The notes under the pieces were generated by a model that ran no database searches, was not told where the DNA came from, and was given only the letters and a program-made list of their open reading frames with translations. A DNA stretch of 61,918 nt from a virus (Duplodnaviria; Caudoviricetes), in the IMG/VR virus record IMGVR_UViG_3300037852_000239, positions 1 through 61,918 of that record. The stretch is one strand, 5' to 3'. Position 1 is the stretch's first letter; the number at the start of each line of letters is the position of its first letter. The position numbers were made by a program, and so were the translations under genes. Below are positions 26,723 to 35,950 of this stretch, one piece after another.

Positions 26723-27190
26723 TCAGGGTTCCAGCTCGCGTTGTTTCTGTGTGGGAATGTGGAGCAAGGGCGACACGCCCTGTGCCGCGTTGTAGCGATC
26801 GACGGGGCTGTAGGGATCGAAGCCGGTGCCCGCGTGGGGATCGACGCTGCGGCCTCGGGACGCGGTGCGAAAGTATCGAATGTGGTTGGCGCACATCCAG
26901 TAGGTATAGCCGTACAGGGAATCGGCGATCAGGGGCGGCCCCTCACCGGCGATGACCGCGCCACCCGAGTTGTAGGTGACACGTCCCGCATGACCGCCGA
27001 GGCACCAGTGGCACCGGCCCATCTGGCAACACAGCGTGCAGTCCGGGTGGTAGGTGAAGTCCGTGCGGCGGGCTTCGACAAAGCGCTGTGACGCTTGCCA
27101 CATGGCCAACGCCGCGATCATATCCGGGGCCGCCCGCGAGGGCACGGCTTGGGTCGTTCGCCACCGTGCCAGTGCCGCGATCATGTCCAT
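26723..27190 (-). CDS. hypothetical Cys-rich protein with duplicated DMIAALA.W N-terminus
   Basis: CTLC/CHWC motifs; internal repeat. Confidence 0.55.
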   Translation of the reverse strand: MDMIAALARWRTTQAVPSRAAPDMIAALAMWQASQRFVEARRTDFTYHPDCTLCCQMGRCHWCLGGHAGRVTYNSGGAVIAGEGPPLIADSLYGYTYWMCANHIRYFRTASRGRSVDPHAGTGFDPYSPVDRYNAAQGVSPLLHIPTQKQRELEP

Positions 27191-27197
27191 GCGTGGA

Positions 27198-27554
27198 TCA
27201 CACTTCGCTGACGTTCAACGCACGGAACGCGGCTTCCTGCAACTCGTCCAGCACCCGGTAAATGTTGTGGCAGGTGTGATCGACCGCGCGAATCGCGGCG
27301 CACCTATCGCAGATGTAGTGGTAGCAGGTCGGGCACAGGTGCCGCTCGCGTTGGCGAAGGGGGTTCATGATCAACACCCGCTGGCAGTGGCTGCAGGTCT
27401 GGAGTCCCGTTTCATGAACCATGCCGCTGGGAACGACCTCGCCGGGGAGGATCTTCCCTTGGGCCACCCAGAAGTCTTCCAGCTCCTTGGGAATACCAGG
27501 AGAATAGCGGTGGTCCACGATCATGTAGCCTTCATTGGCGCGGAGACTTGGCAT
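27198..27554 (-). CDS. zinc-binding protein (CSHC, CPTC, CDRC)
   Basis: AGGAGG RBS; three CxxC pairs. Confidence 0.7.
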   Translation of the reverse strand: MPSLRANEGYMIVDHRYSPGIPKELEDFWVAQGKILPGEVVPSGMVHETGLQTCSHCQRVLIMNPLRQRERHLCPTCYHYICDRCAAIRAVDHTCHNIYRVLDELQEAAFRALNVSEV

Positions 27555-27567
27555 CGGTGGTACCCTC

Positions 27568-27915
27568 CTACTGCGTCGTGTAGGTGACGAGCACTCCATC
27601 ATTGGTGTTGTTGGCATCGATGAAGTATTGCGCGACGTTCAACGCCGCGGGGGCGTTGGGCACCGCGAGCGTGGCCGTGATAAAGGGTCCGGTGACGGCG
27701 CTCCCAGGAGCTGGGATGACGAACATCACGCCCACGTAGGACGCCCGCACCATCCCCTTGTGCCCGATATACACGACGCCGATATTGGTGGGCAAGGCTT
27801 GAAACGCCACCGCTTGAGCGCCCACGTGAATGGGCGCTGGCGAACCCAGTCCCGCGACCACAGACACCGGCGTGCCCGGCGTGACCACGGTCACGGCGCC
27901 AAGGGGGAAGTCCAT
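27568..27915 (-). CDS. small beta-rich virion protein
   Basis: QALPTNIGVVYIG...YFIDANNTNDGVLVTY motif seen in small phage structural proteins. Confidence 0.65.
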   Translation of the reverse strand: MDFPLGAVTVVTPGTPVSVVAGLGSPAPIHVGAQAVAFQALPTNIGVVYIGHKGMVRASYVGVMFVIPAPGSAVTGPFITATLAVPNAPAALNVAQYFIDANNTNDGVLVTYTTQ

Positions 27916-27978
27916 AGATGCCTCGTAGTATAGCGTGCGCCCTGAAACCCCACGTAAACGGGTTGCGCGCGGTTGCGC

Positions 27979-30900
27979 TTAAATCGCGGCCCCGTCAGCC
28001 CGCGACGGCCCCCCGAAGGGCTGGACCACCCGATACCCCGAGCGCGCCCCCCACGGCCCCACGCGCATGGCACAATCGCGCTTGAACAACTGGAAGGGCT
28101 GGGTCGAGGTCAACACGGGTTGGAAAGACCGCCCCTTGGCCGCGACCAGCGCCGAGAGATACGTGCGCGCGTAGACGCCACCAGAGGCCGGGATGGTATA
28201 GGTGGCCGCCACCGCGCCGTCATACCGGATCGACAAGGTGAGGTCCGCGGTGGACACATGGGCGATCAGGATGTCGCGCGCCGAGAAGTAGCCGGGGAGA
28301 TCGCACGTGGTGGGTTGAGGCGCCCATTCCGTGGCGAGTTCTGGCGCGGGTTCGGACACCCACTGCGTCTCGGCTTCGAATAATAGCCAGGGCACCGCGT
28401 CCATCCCGATCAGCCGCACGAGGTGCGCGGTGAACGGCGTCCAGCCTGCGGCCACACGCGGATACGCGATCGATTGCTCGCCGTTGTGGTTGATCACCAA
28501 GGTCAACACCGTCGTGCCGCCATCGCACTGGACCGCGATCGTTTTGTTCACCCCGAAGGTGTTGGCGCGGATGATCACCCCTTGTACCCACTTGGCCCCT
28601 GGCGATCCCAGATCGCTCCAATCGGTCGCGCGGTCGAGGATCTGCTCGACCTTGGGGACGAAGGAGGGCTGCCACCAATAGAGGATCAACCCGGCGACGG
28701 TGTTTGTCCATTGGAGCAGCACGGACATCGTGCGCGCGAGGTACCCCGCGCCGGCGTTGAGGTCGCAGGGGATGGTGCTCTCCTGCGTGTTGACCAAGGG
28801 GAGGAAGCCCAGCGCCGCGAGGTCATCCGAGAAGTATGGGATCACCGTGAGCCCAGCGGCGGCGGGGGCGTTGGCGTTGACGGCGAAGTCGCCCCAGAGC
28901 TTTTCGACGCGCGGATCGCCCGCATCGCTGCTGTGGGTCAGCGCCATGCCCGCGATGGGGAGGCCGAGGTCGGTCGTGCCACCCATGGTGGCGAGGAGGC
29001 CGGCCGAGGTGCCGACCACACAAGCATGCACCGATTCGCCGGGCTCCCAGTCGCGGACCTGGACGCGCACGCCGTAGCGGTCGTACCACCAGCGCTTGGC
29101 ACTCCACTCGAGCGCGAGCGTGGCCTGTGCACCGGAGGTGTCGGAGAAGTCCGCGTAGAAATACCCATCGACATAGGAGAGACGCAACTTGGCGGCCTGC
29201 GTCATGTCTGGCGGGTAGATGGTGAGCCCGCCTACGGTGATCGCGACGCCGGGGCCGCCATCATGCGGGAACAACAGGCGGAGATCCGGATCGGTGAGCG
29301 ATTGGGCGAGCGCGCCGGATCCCGCGCTGAAATAAATCCCGTCCTTGCCCCAGAACGCCACGCCGCCGGCCGCCACGACAAAGCTCCACGGCGTCCACCC
29401 GCCGCGGTTGCACGGCGTCACTTGTGGGTGGAAGGGCGTGCCCGGGCTGACATTCCCGTAATCCGGCAACAACGCATGAATATTCTCGGTCGACAACACA
29501 TAGGGCACGCCGTCATAAAACCAGCCGCACAACACCGGTTCATTCGCGTCGGTGACTTGGATGGTGTTGGCGTCCGAGGCCATCTCCGACGCGTTGGCGT
29601 TGGTCCAGTACACCGTCCCCGGGTTGTTGGGATCGCCCACGGCAAAGATGTACAACACGCCGCCGACGGTCCCCGCGAAGATTTGTGGCAGCGGCTGGCC
29701 CATGAGCGTCGGCCCAGGAATATAGAAGCTCACATTGGTTTGCGCGAGCGCGTTCTCGTTGATGGCGAGGAAGGTGGCGGAGTAGGGCTGCGCGTAAAAG
29801 GTGTAGGGGAGGCCGTTGATCAGGATTTGTGTCCCCGGCGCCCAGTTGGTGTTGAACAGCCCACCAGAGACGAGAAACACTGAGTTCCCGACCACGGTGC
29901 ACGTGCCGGTGACTGGGGCGCCGAGCGTCGGCCACGGTTGGAAGTTGGTGAAACTCAGTGGTTCGCCACCATCCAACTCGCTGTCGCTGAAGTTATCCGT
30001 GAACGACGCCGGGGGGACTTGGCTCCCGACATAGGTTGGAGTGGTGAGGTTCCCGCCTTGGCGGAACCAGTCCACGACATCGGCTTGCGGGTCCGGGGAG
30101 GCCGCGGCGCTGAGCGCGACCGCCAAGCGGCGCGGGATCAACCCGCCCAAGGTCATGGGACTGGGATTGCTGATCGCCCCAGTCGCGCGTGAGCGATAGC
30201 GGTTCCAGTAGAAAATGGGTTGTCCGGTGGCGCCGATGTCGACGTTGCCGCCACCGGACAACCAGAGCGAGGAATACTGGACGGTTAAGGGGTCCAAGCC
30301 GTTAGCGGAGATCAGGATCTCCACGCCGTTCACATTCGCGAGCGTCTTTGAGGTGTCGGCCCCCACGCGGATCAAGCTGCTCACCGGCGCCGTGAGCTGG
30401 ATCCACTGGTCGTTGCCCAAGGCGAGTTGCTGCGCGAGCTGGGTCGCCGTGATTGGCGCGGCGTTGTCGGGGGTATTCGGTCCCGTATTGGTGACGTTGC
30501 CGGCGGCCTTCTGGGCGGCGAGGGCCGCCGCAGACTGGCTGATCGGCGCCGTCGCCCCGGCGTTGATGGACTGCAGCGAATTGGCGAGATCGCTGCCGCT
30601 CCACACCATCATGTAGTAGTTGCTGAGGAACGGCGAGGGGCCGCCGTTGACGTCAAGGTAGACCCGCACCTCGGTCACCGAGCTGAGGAAGTCCACATTC
30701 AACGAGAGATGCAGGTAGTCGTCAGGCAGCACCGCGATGGCGTTTGGGAACTGCGCGAGGTTGTGCGCGACCGCGGTGTTCTGAATCCCGCCCACCAGCG
30801 GCGCGTTGTTCGCGGGAGTGAGGGTTTGCGTGAACGCGAGGACGGCGGCGGCGTCCCCTGCGCTGCGCGCCGTGGTGGTGTAGACGCGGACGGCTGACAA

Positions 30901-32031
30901 CCCGACGATTGCTTGGCCGAAGGCATGCGCCCCGTTGGTGTAACAGCGGAACGACAACGTGCCATTGCGCCCGGTCTGCACGGAGAGGATGCGCACGGGT
31001 TCGCCGCCAATCGTGATCAAGCAATCGACCGGGAAGTTCACGGGCTGGGTGGGCGAGAGAAACGTGCTGGCCGTGATGTCACCCGGCAGGTTGATCTGTG
31101 GGTTGGTGACACCGGGAACTGTTCCACGTGGAACACCCGTGCCCGCCGGAAGCAGCCCCCCACGACCGAGCCCCGACGGCACGGACAAGCTGCTGCCGAG
31201 CTGTCCGGTCCCCAGCGATCCGACCGGCACCACGGAACAAAACCCGGTCGACCCGACGTCGTAGGCGATCGCCGCCACCGTGGTCGAGGCCACGGGGATC
31301 TTCACATCCTGCACGACCACGACTTCCGCGCCACCAGCCAGGTACAACCGCTCGCCGATGCTGATGTTGGCGGCGTTGGCCAAGTGGATCAACGCCCACC
31401 CGGTGGCGCCGTTGTCGTAGAGGATGGTCGAGATCGTGGTGATGATCGGCGCGACGGGAGACGGGGCACTCGCGCTGGCGCCGGGGCTGACGGCGAACGC
31501 CCAGCTGCCCACCGCCGCAAAGTCTTCGATCACGATGGTCTGGAGCGGTTGCAGCACCGCGCTGGGTGGCGCGACGGGAGGCGCGATCCCCCACGCGCGC
31601 ACCGGACCGTCGGTCGAAGCCTTGCCGGTTTTGGCGGAGTCGCCGATGTAGATGAAGGGTCGAGGCGACTGCGGCGGCGTGGCGACGGCGAACGACAAGG
31701 GGTTGCCAGAGTACCCGGTATCCACGAGCGCGGGAGGATTCGCCGACAACACGTCGATGTGGAGGTTGAGGCCTGCGCCGGTGACGCGCACGGCGGGCTT
31801 GGTCGCCACCGTCGAGCTGTCGTTGAGGCGCGCGAGCGAATGGATGTTGGGTTGCGCGAGCGGGATGGTGTTGACGCCGATCAGCCCCAGCCGAGAGACG
31901 AACGCGTCCTCCAGATACGCCCGCACGTTAGATAAGAAAGGGAACTTCCCTGCGGGGATGGCGGTCGGGGAGGCCGACACGTACAACCCTTTGCACGTGA
32001 AGCGCTCGGTGAGGCGTTGGAACAAGGCCAT
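27979..32031 (-). CDS. large tail protein, probable nozzle/stabilisation protein (P22 gp10 / tail tubular B-like) with insertions
   Basis: GLYVSASPTAIP...LSNVR N-terminus; beta-propeller-like FWGKDGIY; follows the adaptor genes. Confidence 0.65.
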   Translation of the reverse strand: MALFQRLTERFTCKGLYVSASPTAIPAGKFPFLSNVRAYLEDAFVSRLGLIGVNTIPLAQPNIHSLARLNDSSTVATKPAVRVTGAGLNLHIDVLSANPPALVDTGYSGNPLSFAVATPPQSPRPFIYIGDSAKTGKASTDGPVRAWGIAPPVAPPSAVLQPLQTIVIEDFAAVGSWAFAVSPGASASAPSPVAPIITTISTILYDNGATGWALIHLANAANISIGERLYLAGGAEVVVVQDVKIPVASTTVAAIAYDVGSTGFCSVVPVGSLGTGQLGSSLSVPSGLGRGGLLPAGTGVPRGTVPGVTNPQINLPGDITASTFLSPTQPVNFPVDCLITIGGEPVRILSVQTGRNGTLSFRCYTNGAHAFGQAIVGLSAVRVYTTTARSAGDAAAVLAFTQTLTPANNAPLVGGIQNTAVAHNLAQFPNAIAVLPDDYLHLSLNVDFLSSVTEVRVYLDVNGGPSPFLSNYYMMVWSGSDLANSLQSINAGATAPISQSAAALAAQKAAGNVTNTGPNTPDNAAPITATQLAQQLALGNDQWIQLTAPVSSLIRVGADTSKTLANVNGVEILISANGLDPLTVQYSSLWLSGGGNVDIGATGQPIFYWNRYRSRATGAISNPSPMTLGGLIPRRLAVALSAAASPDPQADVVDWFRQGGNLTTPTYVGSQVPPASFTDNFSDSELDGGEPLSFTNFQPWPTLGAPVTGTCTVVGNSVFLVSGGLFNTNWAPGTQILINGLPYTFYAQPYSATFLAINENALAQTNVSFYIPGPTLMGQPLPQIFAGTVGGVLYIFAVGDPNNPGTVYWTNANASEMASDANTIQVTDANEPVLCGWFYDGVPYVLSTENIHALLPDYGNVSPGTPFHPQVTPCNRGGWTPWSFVVAAGGVAFWGKDGIYFSAGSGALAQSLTDPDLRLLFPHDGGPGVAITVGGLTIYPPDMTQAAKLRLSYVDGYFYADFSDTSGAQATLALEWSAKRWWYDRYGVRVQVRDWEPGESVHACVVGTSAGLLATMGGTTDLGLPIAGMALTHSSDAGDPRVEKLWGDFAVNANAPAAAGLTVIPYFSDDLAALGFLPLVNTQESTIPCDLNAGAGYLARTMSVLLQWTNTVAGLILYWWQPSFVPKVEQILDRATDWSDLGSPGAKWVQGVIIRANTFGVNKTIAVQCDGGTTVLTLVINHNGEQSIAYPRVAAGWTPFTAHLVRLIGMDAVPWLLFEAETQWVSEPAPELATEWAPQPTTCDLPGYFSARDILIAHVSTADLTLSIRYDGAVAATYTIPASGGVYARTYLSALVAAKGRSFQPVLTSTQPFQLFKRDCAMRVGPWGARSGYRVVQPFGGPSRADGAAI

Positions 32032-32046
32032 GGGGATGCGCCGCTC

Positions 32047-33372
32047 CTATCCCGCGGTGTCACCGGTCATGAGTGGCGCGGTGCGCGTGGGGTCCGCGCT
32101 CTGCACGCGCTGGAATTGGCGATTCGGTACCGTCTTGCGTGCAATGGCGAGGGTGACGCCAGCGGCGCGCATGAACCGGTCGACGAGCGGCTGCGTCGCC
32201 TCCACCAACGCGGGGCCGTCCTTGATGAGGGCCAAATGCTCCGCATAGTCGAGCACGATCGAGTACAGCTCGGGGCCTAACGGGACATACCCAAACCCCG
32301 AGATCGGCACCACGGCGTTCGCCACCACGTCCAGCGTCACCGACCACGGTTCGCCACCAGGTTGGACACCAGGTGGGGGAATCACCGCCAACAGGTTGTG
32401 GCCCGCGGTCAGCACCTGTGCCACGGTGCCGCGTGTGGTCTGCCACAGCGGATGATAGGTGTCGAGATCCGCTAAGCTGTTGATCGCGCACGGCACATTG
32501 TCGATGCGTGCGGTCAGGACCACGCCGGCTGTTCGCGCGAGCGTCACGCCGTGGCGGAAGCGGGATTCAAAGTAGGCCGCGCGTCCGAGATCCTGCGACA
32601 ACCCATCCTTCGATAAGAGATCCGCCAACGCCCCGAAGCGCACCACCCACGCCCAGTCATCGGGGACGCCCAGAGGCGTTGGCCCTGCCGCCGGGTTGAA
32701 CGCCGCCCCGCGGTTGATGCTGACGAGGTCGAGCACGCCAGTGTCCTGGGGCGGCGGCGCCAACTGGATCATCAGCGGTGGCGCCGCGCCCACGCTGTAG
32801 GTCTGTGGCGGGCGGGTGGGGTCTTGCGCCCAGCCGGTGGAAAAATGGTTGAACGCCCATTCGTCGTCGCGCAACAACGGGGCGACCACGGCGTCCGGGG
32901 TCGACAACCAGACCGCGCGCCGGGGCTCGATCACGGCTTCGGGGAGCTGGATACGGCCGTTGGGCGGCGGCGAGATCGGCAACAGTTGGCGTGTCAGCAC
33001 CGCGCCGGTTTCGCGCAGGAACTGGTCGCGCCGGTATTGGAGGGCGCTGGCGAGATCAGCGAGGGAGAACTGGTCCGTCCCGGCCCAGGTGTTCCACGTA
33101 GAACCTTGTGGGGGCTCCAAGAGGGTGTACTGCATGGACACGATCAGTTGCTGATCGGTGAGGGTATAGCCGCGTACGGTGGGGAGGACTTGCGACAGGT
33201 CATAGAACGTGGTCGACCCCACGGTGTCGAACGTTGCGGTTTCGTGGGTGGACTCGGTCAGCGCATTCCACGTGCGGAGGGCTTCGCCCAGGTCACGTTC
33301 CAGCTCGTCCACCGTCCACCGCACGTGGTTGGGATCAACAAGGCGCGCGGCGAGGTCGTTGACGGCGCTCAT
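32047..33372 (-). CDS. putative head-tail adaptor (tandem adaptor-like domains)
   Basis: RW..DEL...L.EA..W motif repeated; VPDDWAWVVRFGALADLLSKDG. Confidence 0.6.
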   Translation of the reverse strand: MSAVNDLAARLVDPNHVRWTVDELERDLGEALRTWNALTESTHETATFDTVGSTTFYDLSQVLPTVRGYTLTDQQLIVSMQYTLLEPPQGSTWNTWAGTDQFSLADLASALQYRRDQFLRETGAVLTRQLLPISPPPNGRIQLPEAVIEPRRAVWLSTPDAVVAPLLRDDEWAFNHFSTGWAQDPTRPPQTYSVGAAPPLMIQLAPPPQDTGVLDLVSINRGAAFNPAAGPTPLGVPDDWAWVVRFGALADLLSKDGLSQDLGRAAYFESRFRHGVTLARTAGVVLTARIDNVPCAINSLADLDTYHPLWQTTRGTVAQVLTAGHNLLAVIPPPGVQPGGEPWSVTLDVVANAVVPISGFGYVPLGPELYSIVLDYAEHLALIKDGPALVEATQPLVDRFMRAAGVTLAIARKTVPNRQFQRVQSADPTRTAPLMTGDTAG

Positions 33373-33385
33373 CGTTGTCTCTAGT

Positions 33386-35938
33386 CTACCCCCAGGTCTG
33401 CCAGCGGTACGGCGACGCGGGCCAGATCAACACCTGTCCATGCGGCACCGGGATGGGTGGCGGCTTCAGGGTCGACTCCAGCAGGTTTAGGATCGCCGTG
33501 CGCAGATCGCTGGGGTAGGGTGGGCGCAGTGGCGCGTTGGCGTCAAGATGGATCACCCACGGCGGCGGCCCTGGCGCGAGCGTCGTCTCGAGCAAGGCCG
33601 CGAGCGCGGTGCGCAGGTCCAGCGCGTAGGGCCGGGTGAGGAGCATCCCCACGTCGCGCTGCACAAACGGCCGATCGCGCAAGGTCGATTCCAGCAGATC
33701 CACCACGGCCGTGCGCAGATCGAGCGGGTACGCCGGCCGGGGGAGGATCAACCCACTGTCGATGGGGTGCAGCGGCGGCAGCGGCACCAACAAGGTCGTC
33801 GTCAAGAGGTTGATCGCCGCGGTGCGCAGGTCGACCGGGTAGGGGGGCCGCCCCGAGGACAACCAGGCGACGTCGTACGGCCTGATGGGCGCGACACCGG
33901 GTGCGAGCACCGTCGTGAGCAGGTTGAGCGTCGCCGTGCGCAGGTCAAGGGGATACGACAGGCCCCCTCGTGCCAAGCCAAGCTCGACCGTGAGCAGGGG
34001 CACACTCGAAAACTCGTAGGCGCCGATCGTCGGGGGGTTGGGCCGCGTCGCCCCGACAAAGTCCGTGGGGACCAACGCGACGTAGAGGCCCCCGGCAATC
34101 GCGGCACTCCCGGCCTGCACGCGGAAGTTGGGCGGTGTCCCTGTCGGATTCACAAACAGCGGATTCAGTTGGAGTCCGTTGTGCACGATGGCCGTGTGGG
34201 CCCCGCTCTGGTAGCCGCCATAGTCCACGATCTGGGCGCCGCCATTCCCATACGCGATATCGTTGTCAGACGTCGGGGGCAAGGTTTCGTCGTAGTACTG
34301 GAACACCAACCCATCGCTCGTGTTTCCATATATCGTGTTGTGGTGGCACAGGACGCTGGACTGGTAGCTGTAGATCAGGATGCCGGTGGCGCTGCAGATG
34401 TTCGTGCCAGCGGCGTTGAAGCCATTGCCATAGGCGAGACAGTTGAAGATGACGTTGCCGGTTGCCGGATTCCCGCTGTCGGCGATGAAGTTGAACCCGC
34501 CACCCGAGCTGCCCCCGACGCCGCTGCCCCCGACATTGATGATGTTGTTGTAGAACCGGCATTCCCGCACGGTGTTGTTGGACCCACGAAACTGCATGCC
34601 GTAGGCGTGGTTGTTGTAGAAGTCACAGCCCTGCACCAGGGTGTGATTCGTGTCCAGATAGGCGCCATACCCGGAGTTCGCAAAGGTGGGGTCCAACCCA
34701 CAATCGTGGAGCAGGCAGTAGAGGACTTGATGATGATCGGAGGCGCCGTTGTTCGGGGAGAATCCCAAGCCGTCGCCGCCGTTGTTCTTGATCTCCAGGT
34801 GGATGAACTGGTTGAAAGACGCGCCGCCGCTGGAGTAGACCAGGGGCACGCCGCCCCCGCCGACTTGGTCACTGTGGGGATTGTTGATCCCGTCGATGAT
34901 GAGATCTTCAAAGATCAAGTAGGAGGGCGCGGTCCCCGCTGGCGTGGTCAGTTCGATGGCGAAGGTCGCGGGGCCTGGGGGGCGGATGACCACGACCTCG
35001 GCGCCGGGACGGGGGCCACGTATCGTGCTGGCCGGGAGGTTCCCCGGGTACGCGCTCCAGGTAATCGGCGCGCTGACGGTGCCGGAGTTGACGGTGCCCA
35101 GCGTCGTGTTGATCGTCTGCCCCGCTCCGATGTAGAGGCCGCCTCGAATTAGAATTGTTGATCCCGCCGGGGCGGTCGCCGCCGCATGCGCCAGCGTCAA
35201 CCACGGGGTGGACGGACTGGTCCCCGTGTTGCTGTCCGAGGCCGACCCGCCAATGCTCGCGATGTCGACGTAATAGAAGGGGCCACCCCCACCGCCGCCT
35301 CCGCCAGTGGACGGCTTGTAGGTGATGATGTGGGCTTGGAGCGCGCCAGCGGGCGAGACGCCGGCCCAGGTGGGGTTGGTGGGGGATGCGGCAGCGAGGT
35401 GGTAGGCCATCGCCGCCGCGAAGTTCACGCCGTTGACCAGGACGTTCTGGTCAGTAATCGTGAAGCCGGCGTTGATCGTCGCGGGACCACCGGTCCACCA
35501 CCCCGCCAAGAACGTGATCGTGGCCTCCCCAGCGAGTACAGAGACACTGCCGGGTTGGAGCGCGGTGCCACTCGTGGTCTGCGCCGAGGTGAAGGCATCG
35601 ACCGCGGCGCTGGTCAGGGTGCCGGATACGCCAAGGACATCCAGCGTTTCGTAGTAGTCCGCCCCTGACGTGAAGAAGGACATCACCCCGGTGACGTTGG
35701 GGTTCTCGCACTCCCACGTCGCGCTGTAGAGCGGCGTCACCGCGTCTGATTGCGTGGTGACTTGGACGTAGGTGTTCCCGTTGGAGTCGGAGGGGGCCGG
35801 GGCGCCGAAATAGCCAGACGTGCCGATCACGATGACGGACGCGCCCGTCATGGCGATCGGGCCAGGCGTCCCCGTCGTGGAGGCGCCCGTGCCCCCCGAT
35901 CCCTGCGCCGCGACGTGAGCGACGATGCCAATCGCCAT
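33386..35938 (-). CDS. beta-helix protein (DUF1565-like start) with N-terminal beta domain and 5 C-terminal YPxDLRT repeats
   Basis: YYVD...SDSNTGTSPSTPWLTLAHA...GSTILIRGG.Y; N-rich parallel beta-helix; NPLFVN...NFRVQAGSAAI..G...IGAYE cap. Confidence 0.8.
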   Translation of the reverse strand: MAIGIVAHVAAQGSGGTGASTTGTPGPIAMTGASVIVIGTSGYFGAPAPSDSNGNTYVQVTTQSDAVTPLYSATWECENPNVTGVMSFFTSGADYYETLDVLGVSGTLTSAAVDAFTSAQTTSGTALQPGSVSVLAGEATITFLAGWWTGGPATINAGFTITDQNVLVNGVNFAAAMAYHLAAASPTNPTWAGVSPAGALQAHIITYKPSTGGGGGGGGPFYYVDIASIGGSASDSNTGTSPSTPWLTLAHAAATAPAGSTILIRGGLYIGAGQTINTTLGTVNSGTVSAPITWSAYPGNLPASTIRGPRPGAEVVVIRPPGPATFAIELTTPAGTAPSYLIFEDLIIDGINNPHSDQVGGGGVPLVYSSGGASFNQFIHLEIKNNGGDGLGFSPNNGASDHHQVLYCLLHDCGLDPTFANSGYGAYLDTNHTLVQGCDFYNNHAYGMQFRGSNNTVRECRFYNNIINVGGSGVGGSSGGGFNFIADSGNPATGNVIFNCLAYGNGFNAAGTNICSATGILIYSYQSSVLCHHNTIYGNTSDGLVFQYYDETLPPTSDNDIAYGNGGAQIVDYGGYQSGAHTAIVHNGLQLNPLFVNPTGTPPNFRVQAGSAAIAGGLYVALVPTDFVGATRPNPPTIGAYEFSSVPLLTVELGLARGGLSYPLDLRTATLNLLTTVLAPGVAPIRPYDVAWLSSGRPPYPVDLRTAAINLLTTTLLVPLPPLHPIDSGLILPRPAYPLDLRTAVVDLLESTLRDRPFVQRDVGMLLTRPYALDLRTALAALLETTLAPGPPPWVIHLDANAPLRPPYPSDLRTAILNLLESTLKPPPIPVPHGQVLIWPASPYRWQTWG

Positions 35939-35950
35939 TGGCGGGGCGTG

